Assembly (NCBI GenBank): GCA_963823035.1
Contig: CAWGKG010000023.1
Coordinates: forward strand, 96,001 to 160,000
From: an uncultured Gemmatimonadales bacterium
Lineage (GTDB): Bacteria > Gemmatimonadota > Gemmatimonadetes > Longimicrobiales > Gaopeijiaceae
Length of the DNA: 64,000 nucleotides
Reading direction: 5' to 3'
Positions within the stretch are counted from its first letter, which is position 1. Every line of letters starts with the position of its first letter. Positions 42,994 through 52,219 of the stretch are shown piece after piece. The position numbers and the translations under genes were made by a program. The notes below the pieces were generated by a model. The model saw nothing but the letters and a program-made list of their open reading frames with translations. It did no database searches and was not told where the DNA came from.

Positions 42994-44352
42994 GTGGGTG
43001 TTCCAACACTCTCTCGCCTGGTGTGGACCGAGGGCATGCACCTCGCCCAGCACCACTTCCAGGCGCAATGCCGGTACTTCGAGAGCGCGATGCACTTCGC
43101 GCTCTCCTCCGTCATGCACGGGATCCATGGCTTCGTGGCCCTGGAGCTCGACCCCGACGCGCTCTGGAACGGCAAGGTCTCGCTCCTGCGCGGGACGGGC
43201 GTCATGCCGGACGGCCTCTCCTTCGACCTCGGCGAGTCGGATCCGCTTCCGGACGCGCGCGACGTCGCGTCTCTCCTGACCCCCGGGAGCGAGGGCACCA
43301 CGGTCCACCTCGTCATCCCGGCCTATCGTCCGACGCATGCGAACTGCGCCGTGGACGGCGAGTCCAACGGGGAGCCGCGGCGCTTCAGGGCGATGAGCGT
43401 GGCGCTCTTCGACGAGACCACGGGCACGGACGAGCGCACCATCGAGGTGGGAGGGCGGAACCTCGAGCTGGTGGGCGAGTCCGAGCTGCAGGAGGACCAG
43501 GTCGGCCTGCCGCTCGCCCGCCTGCGTGCCGAGGGCTCCGGGCACTTCGTCTTCGACCCGACCTTCGTGCCGCCCGTGCTGCGCATCGGGGCGAGCCCGA
43601 GGCTCATGGCGATCGTGCAGGGGCTGATCGAGATCCTCGAGGCCAAGGGGGAGGCGCTGCGCCGACAGCTCCCGGACGCGGAGTCCATGTCGGAGAAGGC
43701 CGGCCACGAGCTCACCGGGCTGTGGCTCACACACGCGATCTACTCGGGGCTCGGGCCGCTGCGCCACCACGCACAGTTCGGGCGCGCGCACCCCCGCGAC
43801 GTCTACCAGGACCTGGTCCGCCTCGCGGGCGCGTTGTGCACGTTCTCGCTCGAGTCGGAGGCGCGCGACCTCCCGCTCTACGAGCACGACCGGCCCGGAG
43901 ACACGTTCGCGGCGCTCGACAAGCACGTCCGCCGGCACCTCGAGGTCGTGATCCAGGAGAGCTACCTCTCCGTGCCGCTGAAGCGCACGGCGTCCAACCT
44001 CCATACGGCGATGCTCACGGACAAGCGGGCGCTGGATCGCTCCGAGTGGGTGCTGCGGATCCGGTCCAAGGTGCCCTCCGGCACGGTGATCACGGAGGTT
44101 CCCCGGAAGGTGAAGATCTGCTCCGCCGAAGACGTGATGCGGCTGGTCGGGAGCGCGGGCCTGCCCGCCCTCGGCATCGAGCACATCTCCACGCTCCCCC
44201 AGGCCATCCCGGCCCGCGTCGGCAGCCTGTACTTCAGGCTGCTGCGGGAGGGCCCGCCCTGGGAGCTCATCCAGGTGCGCGGAACGGTGGGTGTGTACGT
44301 GCCCGACACCCTGGCCGACGCGGAGCTGGAGCTGTTGGTCGTTCCCGCATGA
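42994..44352 (+). CDS. tssK: T6SS baseplate subunit TssK (copy 2)
   Basis: LVWTEGMHLAQHHFQAQ, MPDGLSFD, DPTFVPP, HPRDVY, LPLYEHD, LYFRL. Start uncertain. Confidence 0.92.
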   Translation: MGVPTLSRLVWTEGMHLAQHHFQAQCRYFESAMHFALSSVMHGIHGFVALELDPDALWNGKVSLLRGTGVMPDGLSFDLGESDPLPDARDVASLLTPGSEGTTVHLVIPAYRPTHANCAVDGESNGEPRRFRAMSVALFDETTGTDERTIEVGGRNLELVGESELQEDQVGLPLARLRAEGSGHFVFDPTFVPPVLRIGASPRLMAIVQGLIEILEAKGEALRRQLPDAESMSEKAGHELTGLWLTHAIYSGLGPLRHHAQFGRAHPRDVYQDLVRLAGALCTFSLESEARDLPLYEHDRPGDTFAALDKHVRRHLEVVIQESYLSVPLKRTASNLHTAMLTDKRALDRSEWVLRIRSKVPSGTVITEVPRKVKICSAEDVMRLVGSAGLPALGIEHISTLPQAIPARVGSLYFRLLREGPPWELIQVRGTVGVYVPDTLADAELELLVVPA

Positions 44353-44383
44353 CCCCGCCGAAGCGCGCGAGCCAGGAGACGTG

Positions 44384-45109
44384 ATGGTCGATTCCCGGAT
44401 GTCGGGCACGGTGACGACGCCTTCCGGGCTCGCCCCCGTCGGGCGGCTCGCCGTGGCGTTGCAGGATGCCCTCACCGCCGTGGTCCGCCTGCGCGAGTCG
44501 CGGCAGGTGCCGAGCGACCCGGCGGCCTTCCGCCGGCGGATGAAGGACCTGCTGGCCGGCGCGGATCAGGAAGCGCGCCGCATGGGGTATCCGCCGGAAT
44601 TCGTGAAGATCTCCGTGTACTGCGTGATCGCCTACCTCGACGAGACGGTGCTCGGCACGCCCGGACCGCTCGCCTCGGCCTGGGTGGGTCAGCCGCTCCA
44701 GGAGGAGGTCTTCGGAGACCACGTGGCCGGCGAGACGTTCTTCCGGCACCTGGAGGACCTTCTCTCCCGACAGGATTCCGCCTTCGTGGCGGACGTGCTC
44801 GAGGTCCCGCTGCTGTGCATGCTCCTCGGCTTCAAGGGTCGCTACGGCTCCTCGGACGGGAGCGAGCTGCGCAGCTTCGTGCGTGCCACGCAGGACAAGA
44901 TCCTCCGCATCCGCGGGGGTGAGCCTCCGCTGTCGCCGAGGGCGCTCCCGCCGGCCGACGAGGGCGTGGTGCGCAGGGGCGATCCCTGGCTACGCCGCCT
45001 CTCGCTGGGCCTGCTGGGCGCGGGCGTGTTCGTGCTCCTCCTCTTCGTGCTCCTCCGCTTCGTCTCGCTCCCGGGTGGCGTGGACCGGGTTCGCGAGCTC
45101 GTGGGCTAG
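44384..45109 (+). CDS. tssL: T6SS membrane subunit TssL (DotU), no OmpA domain
   Basis: YCVIAYLDETVL, WVGQPLQ, AGETFF, LLGFKGRY. C-terminal TM. AGGAG RBS. Confidence 0.92.
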   Translation: MVDSRMSGTVTTPSGLAPVGRLAVALQDALTAVVRLRESRQVPSDPAAFRRRMKDLLAGADQEARRMGYPPEFVKISVYCVIAYLDETVLGTPGPLASAWVGQPLQEEVFGDHVAGETFFRHLEDLLSRQDSAFVADVLEVPLLCMLLGFKGRYGSSDGSELRSFVRATQDKILRIRGGEPPLSPRALPPADEGVVRRGDPWLRRLSLGLLGAGVFVLLLFVLLRFVSLPGGVDRVRELVG

Positions 45110-45138
45110 CCGCCCCCCTCAAGGAGACCCTCGCGCCG

Positions 45139-48100
45139 ATGCCGCGGATGCCCAAGCCCAAGACCCTGGCGATCGGGGTTCCCTCCCTCATGATCGTCGC
45201 CGTGCTCGGCTGGATGACCGCGGGTTGGCTCCACCTGTCGGGCTGGCTCCTCTGGGTGGTCCGCTCCGTGCTCTGGATCCTGGGCGGCGTGCTGGTCTGG
45301 CTGGTGCTCAAGCTGTTCAGGACGTCCGCGGCCTCCCCGGCCAACCGCTCCGCCCCGGACCCGGTGATGCCGCTCCTGGACCAGGCGCGCAAGCGCCTGA
45401 ACGCGGCCGGCGTCCGGGGGCGCGGGGTGCTGGGCAAGCTCCCCGTCCTCCTGATCCTGGGGCCGCGCGGCTCCGCGAAGACCACCTTCGTGCAGCAGTC
45501 CGGGCTCGACGCCGAGCACCTGGCCGGCAACCTCTTCTCGGGCGACATGATCGCGCCGACCGAGGTGCTCAACGTCTGGTACCACGACGGCCACGTCCTG
45601 GTCGAGGCGGGCGGCGCCCTGGCCGTGGAGCCGAGCCGCTGGGCGCGCCTGGTGGAGAAGATCCAGCCGAAGAAGTGGCTGCCCGCCCTCCTGGGCCGCC
45701 CGCAGGCGCCCCGCGTCGCGATCGTCTGCTTCAGCACCGAGGACCTGGTGAGCAGCGCGGCCGCGGACGCGGTCGTGCCCGCGGCGCGCAACCTGCGTGA
45801 CCGTCTGGCCGAGCTGTCGGACAGCATCGGCATCCGCCTTCCGGTCTACGTGGTGTTCACGAAGGCGGACGCGATCCCGCACTTCACGGAGTTCGTGAAG
45901 AACCTCACGTCGGCGGAGACCCGCGAGCTGCTTGGCACCACGCTGCGCGCGCTCGGCGACCCGGCGACGGCCGCTTCGTACCCCGAGCGGGAGACGGGAC
46001 GGGTGAGCGTCGGCGTTCGACGACCTGTTCCACGCGCTCGCGCTCCGGCGCGTCTCGGTGCTCGGGCGCGCCGGGAGCCTCGAGGGCAACGGCGCTGCGT
46101 ACGAGTTCCCACGCGAGTTCAAGAAGGTCTCGAAGCCGGCGATCGACTTCCTCGTGGAGCTGTGCCGTCCGAGCCAGCTGCGCGTCAGCCCGTTCCTGCG
46201 CGGCTTCTACTTCACGGGCGTGCGCCCCGTGGTGGTGGAGGGCCAGGCCGCCGCGGGGCCCCAGCCGTCCGTCTCGGCGCAGGCGGACCCGTCGGCCGGC
46301 GCCACGCAGGTGTTCGACCTGCACGCGATGCAGGAGGCCGGCCGCGCCGTGGTCCCCGAGCCGAGGGGCCAGCGACGCGTCCCGCAGTGGGTCTTCCTCG
46401 CCGGGATCCTGCGCCGCGTCGTGCTCGGCGACCAGGTCGCGATGGGCATCACGACGAGCGGCTTCGGGCTGTCGGTGCTGCGACGGCTCTCGCTCGCGGT
46501 GGGTATCGCGGCCGTCCTCTTCCTGGGTGTGCTGCTGGTCGCTTCGCATGGATTCGACCGGGGCCTGCAGGAGGACGTGCGCGCAGCCGTGGCCGGCGTG
46601 CAGAACCTCTCGCCCCCGCCGGTCGGGGTGGTCGGCGCGACGGACCTCGAGCGCCTGGACGCGCTGCGCCGGGTCACCGCCCGACTGTCGCGGTGGGAGA
46701 ACGGACACCGCCCCCTGCGCAACCTCCTGTTCATGTACACGGGCGGCGATCTCTACCCGCTCGCCCGACGCGCGTACTTCGCGCGGCTGCGGACGCTCAT
46801 GTTCAGCCGCGCCTTCGAGGACGTGCGCGAGCAGCTGGCCAGCCCTCCCGCCGGAGCCGACGCTCGACGAGTACGACCGTGTGTACCGCTCGCTCAAGGT
46901 GTACGTCGAGGTCACGGAGCGGCCCGACCAGGCCACCGGCCCCTTCTTCGGCGACGTCCTCACCGAGCATTGGGCCGCCGGCGAGGACCCCGACAGCCTC
47001 TCGCGCGCGCTCGCGAAGGAGCAGTTCGCCTTCCTCGGCTCGGAGCTCCCCTACGGCAATCCGTACGACGAGGCGCAGAACAGCGGGCTGGTGAACACGG
47101 CACGCTCCTTCCTGGCGGACAACACCAACGAGGCCTCCTTCTACGGCAGCCTGCTCGCGCAGTGGAACCGACTTCCGCCCGCCATCCTCGCGCGTGACCG
47201 CCCCGGAACGAGCGGGTATCTGACCGGGAGCCCGGAGGTACCCGGCTCGTTCACACGCACCGGGTGGGACTCCGTGCAGACGAGCCTCGCGGCCACCGGC
47301 GACGCCGCCAGCCTCGACCTGCACGTGGTCGGCACGGAGTTCTTCGATCGGCTGCGGGCACGGGGCTTCGACCCGCAGACCGTGGCGCCCCACCTCGAAG
47401 AGCGCTACGAGCAGGACTACCGGACGCCTGGATCCGCTTCCTGGCGAGGACGCGCCTGGACGGGCGCGGGCTGCAGAGCAGCGGTCCGTGGCTGACCGAG
47501 CTGGGCGGAAACCGCTCCCCGATCTTCCAGCTCCTGGCCTACGTGGACTCGCAGACGAGCGTCGGCCGCCCGGCCGTGGAGACGCCGTTCGAGGCGTTAC
47601 GGTCCCTCGTGGCGCCGGACACCGTGCAGCAGCTGTTCAGCGAGGCGACGGGCCGTCCGTACCTGGCTCAAGGTCCAGACGCTGGCCCAGGGTGTCGGCC
47701 AGCTGGCCTCGCAGCCGGGATCGCCCGAGGCTTCGCAGGCGGTGCGCGCGGCCTCCTCCGACGGCCTCGCCTTCGTGCGGGGCATCGAGGTCGATTTCCC
47801 CACCGAGCCGGCCCCGGCCAACCGTGCCAGCGAGGCCGTGACCGCGCTGCTCGCCGGTCCTTTCCGGTGGGCGGACCAGCAGGCGGGCCAGGGTCCGCAG
47901 CTCGCGGCGAACCAGCTCGCCCGGGAGTTCTGCTCCAGACAGGAGAGCCGCGTGCTGGGGCGCTATCCCTTCCACACCGGGTCGCCCGACGCCTCCCTCC
48001 AGGACGTCGAAGCGCTGCTGAAAGACGGACGGCGAGTTGCAGGCGTTCTTCCAGGCCGCGGAGGGCACCGGGGCAACGCTCAACCAGACCTACGAACGGT

Positions 48101-48544
48101 TCCGCGCCCGCGCGAACGAGATCGCCGAGCGCCTTCTATCAGAGCGGAGGCGCCGGCCCGGGGTTCCCGCTCCAGTTCCAGGTGCGCAGCTTCGAGGGGA
48201 TCGACCGCGTGGAGCTGCGCATCGACGGCAGCTCTCGCGTCTACACCCCGGCGCAGCAGGACCGGCAGACCTTCACCTGGGACGCGGCCCGCGCCGAGCA
48301 GGCGAGCCTCGTGGTCCAGTCCGGCGACCGCCGGGAGCCGCTTGAATTCAACGGCACGTGGGCGATCTTCCGGCTCTTCCACCAGGGCAACTGGGAGTCG
48401 GCCGGAAACAGCACGTATCGCGTGACCTGGACCCTGCCCAGCACGGGGATGAGGGTCACCGCGGACGTGACGTTGCGCGGTGCGCCGATCCTCGACCGCA
48501 GCTACCTGTCGACGTTCTCGTGCCCGACGAGCATCGCCCGATGA
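45139..48544 (+). CDS. tssM: T6SS membrane subunit TssM (IcmF); about six frameshifts
   Basis: N-terminal TMs, LPVLLILGPRGSAKTT, RLPVYVVFTKAD, FLRGFYFTG, YRSLKVY, VPGSFTRTGW, GRYPF, and IcmF_C-like LRIDG...FNGTWAIFRLF across successive frames. Confidence 0.88.
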
Positions 48545-48588
48545 GGCCCGGCCACGAGGCCGGCCCAGGTCTTCGAAGGAGAGTACGC

Positions 48589-49182
48589 ATGCGCTCGCTC
48601 CGATACGTTCCGATCGTCGTGCTCACCCTGTCGTCGCCCGCGTGCGGAGGCGGTGCGCCCCCGCCGGTCGCGCCGAGCCGCCGCGTCGAAGCGATCCAGG
48701 ACGCCGATCGCCTCTACCGGGACGACCGCACGGAGGTCGACTCCGTCCGCGTGGTCATCTCGGACCCCGAGACGCTCAGATTGTGGTGGAGCCGTGCGAC
48801 GGCCCAGACCCCGGAGCCCAAGCCGGCGATGCCGTCCGTGGACTTCGCGAGCCACTCGGTCCTCCTCGTCACCGCCGGTCGGAGCAACGCCGGAGATCGC
48901 ATCCGCGTCGACAGCATCGGCTTCGAGATCCGGCCCACGCCCGGCGGCGGGCGCGACGAGGTCTGGTTCGCCATCGTGCGCACGATGCCCGACTGCAACC
49001 CCTTCCCCGGCACGGCCTACCCACTCGAGTTCGTGCGCGTGCCCAAGGTGACGGGGAGCTTCGAGTTCGTGGACCGGGTGGTCGCTTGTCCCGGCCAGCT
49101 CGACCCCGCATTCGACCACGAAGAAGGGGCCGGGCGACCCTCGTCGCCCGACCCCGGACCTCCCGCGGCCGACCGCGACTGA
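48589..49182 (+). CDS. Putative lipoprotein with PrcB C-terminal-like domain
   Basis: GAAGGAG RBS. Signal ending SPAC. MPSVDFASHSVLLVTAG...GDRIRVDSI...C...YPLEFVRVPK. Confidence 0.6.
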   Translation: MRSLRYVPIVVLTLSSPACGGGAPPPVAPSRRVEAIQDADRLYRDDRTEVDSVRVVISDPETLRLWWSRATAQTPEPKPAMPSVDFASHSVLLVTAGRSNAGDRIRVDSIGFEIRPTPGGGRDEVWFAIVRTMPDCNPFPGTAYPLEFVRVPKVTGSFEFVDRVVACPGQLDPAFDHEEGAGRPSSPDPGPPAADRD

Positions 49183-50864
49183 AGGCGGCTCGGCGACCAC
49201 CGACGCCTCCGCGCGGCCGCTCCGGCGCGGTCGCACCGGTCGGCTTCGGCACGACCACCTCGAGCTCGTTGCTGCGGTTCCCGGCGATGTCCGTGATGCT
49301 CACGGCGAGGGTCACCGACGTGTTCGTCCCGAACACGATGCAGTAGTTGGGCGTCACCGACCCCGCGGAGCCGGTGCCGTCGGTGCTGAAGTCGGTCTCG
49401 GCCTGGCCGGTGGTGCCGCTGGGCTGGAAGGTGAACCTCGTACGCACGGGAACCGTCGCCCCGATGTCGCCGTTGGCGTCCATGTAGTCGAAGGGGACGT
49501 TGACGCTGGTGCCGCCGTTGGAGCAGCTCGCGCTGTTGACCTCGACGACCGTGAACGACGCGTTCGAGATCGTCGGCGGTGACGCGGTGGCCACCACGTC
49601 CGCTTCGAGGCTCGCCCCCTCGAAGTCCGAGAACGCCACCACGAAGATGGTCCACGGACCGCCTTGCGGGGCGTCGATGTCACAGACCTCGTCGTTGCTG
49701 TTCTCCCTCGACTGGCAGGGCCAGGTCGCCGCCTCCGTGAGGCTGAACGGCGAGCTCGCCGGGGCGGCGAACAGGTCCGCGTCCCCGGAGCCTCCCGACG
49801 TCGCCAGGTGGAGGGAGGAGATACCGCTGGCCGGAACGTCGAAGGTGAAGTAGCGGACGTCGCTGATCGCGCCGGACAGGCCGCCCACCGGGGCGCCAGC
49901 CGTCAACGTCGTGTACGGAAGGAGCTCCGCGTCGACCGCGACCCCATCGTACGCTTCGGCGCCGTGGACCCCGACGTACCACGTCCCCGCGCCGGGGTTC
50001 ACCACGGAACAGAAGTCCAGATTGTTGCTGTAGCTGTCCGAGAAGAGCGCGGACCTGCAGTCGAACGTGCCGGTCGTCGGCGGCGAGCCCCGACGGATGT
50101 AGAGGTCGGGATTGCCCGTGCCGCCACGGACGCGGAACTGGAGGACACGGTCCGTCGCACCGCTCGGTACCTCGAACGAATACACGGTGAAGCTGCCCGC
50201 CGCACCCGAGCGTCCCGTGATGGGCACGCCGTCCTGGAGCGTGAGGTTCGCCGCGGCGACCTGTACCGGGACGCCCTCCGAGGGCTCTCCGTCCGAGCCG
50301 AAGCGCGTCCTCGCGAAGACCCGCACGTAGAAGGTGCCTTCCGTGGTGAGCGTGAAGCTCGAGGACGTGCCGGAGACTTCGAACGACTGGAGGTTGTTGA
50401 ACTCGGGGTTGCCGGCCCACTGCACGACGTAGCCGTCCGCCCCCGGGACCGCCTGGAACGAGACCGACACGGGGTCCCCGGCCGCCACCTGCGGAGGGAA
50501 CCGTCAGACCCGTCGGCACGAAGTTGGCCGGGGTGATCGTCGCCTGCCGGTTCTGTCCCGCGACCACGGACACGGAGGTCTGGCCGAACCCGACGACCTT
50601 GCCCGACGCGAAGGCCTCGAGCGACAGGGTGTAGGCGCCCGGCTGGAGGTTCTCGACCGTCACGCTCGCCCCCGGAGCCAGCGGGACCGAGCGGGTGGTC
50701 GGACCCTCCACGTGGAGCGTGCCGGCGTCGGGCGCCGAGGCGAGCTCGGGCGACAGGATGATCTGCAGGGCGAGCCCCGCCTCGACGGGCGGGTCGACCG
50801 CTCCCGCCTCGCACCCCGCCAGCGCCAGGAGCGCGAGGAGGGCGAGCCCCCGCCGGGGGCTCAT
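48869..50864 (-). CDS. Lipoprotein with FN3-like and two PPC (pre-peptidase C-terminal) domains (frameshift near 50490; 3' end uncertain)
   Basis: Lipobox LAGC. PPC signatures GGTGNPDLYIRRGSPPT...DC...GTWYVGV and GGSGDADLF...C...GPWTIFV. The read-through overlap with the + strand gene after about 49200 is suspect. Confidence 0.7.
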
Positions 50865-52219
50865 AGCCCGCCTCCGGGGAACGTCACGGTGATCGAGCCC
50901 GTGGTGGCGGCAGGTGGGGGCGTTCCTCCGTTGCCGCCTCCCCCGCCCAGCACGGCGGCGGCTACGCCCACGGCCGCGGCGCCCGCGCCGATCCAGACCC
51001 AGGGCACCTTCCCGCCCCCGCCGACCTGCGCCTCGGTCACCACGTCCTGGGTGGCCCGCGCCAGCAGCTCCTCGGCCAGCCGGATCGGGGCCACCTGGTC
51101 GGGGCCGGTCACCACGCCGATGAGGCCGCCGGCACGGTCGAAGAGCGGGCTGCCCGTCGCCGACGCCGGGAGCGTCGGCTCGAAGCGCACGGGTCCGGTC
51201 GGTCGGCTGGGCCAGCCGGCCAGCCGGGTGCGTGCGTTGGTGGCCTCGTCGCACCCGGCCCGGTAGCGGGACCACGCGAACGTCCCGTCCGCCACCCCTG
51301 AGGCTTCCGAGAGCGTCGGCTGCTGCGTCGCGTCGACCCGCAGGACCGTGAGGCCGAGACCCGCGTCGCTCGCGGCCACCGACGCCGCCCGGAAGGCACC
51401 GCTGGACGTGCGGATCTCCAGGCCGGTGCTCTGGCCGATCGCGTTGGCGGCCGTCAGCACCAGCCCGTTGGGCCGTGCCATCAGCCCGTTCGTGCACACC
51501 TGCCGACCCCCCTGCGTGTAGCGGATGGTGACGAGCGCCGGCGACACGCGCGCCTCCGTCGTCGCAGGCAAGAGGGGAGGGAGGGTGAACTGCAGCACGG
51601 TGGTCGCGCCCGGGAGCACTTCCCGCGTGACCCGCACGGTCTCGTATCCGGGCGCCTCGGCCACGAGCTGGTACGTGGCCGGCTCCAGCTCCATCGACCC
51701 ACCCGGCGGGACCGCCCCGCGTCCCTCCACGGTCACCTGCACCGGAACCGACGGGTTCGATGCGGTCACCCGCACGGAACCTTCCACGTCGGGCGCGTAG
51801 CCGCTCGGCCAGCGCCACGTCGTCGTCACCCAGGAGGCATCGGTCGACTCCTCCGTCTCCACGGAGGGGACCGCGCGCTCGTACGCCGCGACCGTCGAGG
51901 GGGAGTAGTACGTCCGGTCGATGCCCCACTGCGGCGCGTGGCGCGCCGCCCAGCGCAGCCAGAGCGCGCCGGCCGCGGCCTCGCCGCTACCGATGAGGTT
52001 CTGGGCGAGGTCGAAGACACCCACGGCCCACAGGCTGTCGAGCGCGCCGGCGGTCGGGTCCGCGGCGCGCTCCAGGAGGTCGAGGCGCCGCGCGGCGTCG
52101 AACTCGTTGCGCGCCTGCTGGATCAGCTCCCCGCGCGCCTGGGCGCCGAGGGGCGCCGCACAGGCGGCGGCCACGAACGAAAGCGCGGCTACCAAGCCCG
52201 CCGGATGGTTCAGCCTCAT
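50861..52219 (-). CDS. Exported protein: TPR-like/PEGA-like/degenerate trypsin-like domains with C-terminal Gly-rich hydrophobic tail
   Basis: Signal peptide. PEGA-like LEPATYQLVAEAPGYE. Trypsin-fold remnants LVLTAANAI, LTVLRV, ATGSPLFDRAGGLIGV. ATGA-coupled to both neighbours. Confidence 0.65.
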   Translation of the reverse strand: MRLNHPAGLVAALSFVAAACAAPLGAQARGELIQQARNEFDAARRLDLLERAADPTAGALDSLWAVGVFDLAQNLIGSGEAAAGALWLRWAARHAPQWGIDRTYYSPSTVAAYERAVPSVETEESTDASWVTTTWRWPSGYAPDVEGSVRVTASNPSVPVQVTVEGRGAVPPGGSMELEPATYQLVAEAPGYETVRVTREVLPGATTVLQFTLPPLLPATTEARVSPALVTIRYTQGGRQVCTNGLMARPNGLVLTAANAIGQSTGLEIRTSSGAFRAASVAASDAGLGLTVLRVDATQQPTLSEASGVADGTFAWSRYRAGCDEATNARTRLAGWPSRPTGPVRFEPTLPASATGSPLFDRAGGLIGVVTGPDQVAPIRLAEELLARATQDVVTEAQVGGGGKVPWVWIGAGAAAVGVAAAVLGGGGGNGGTPPPAATTGSITVTFPGGGL

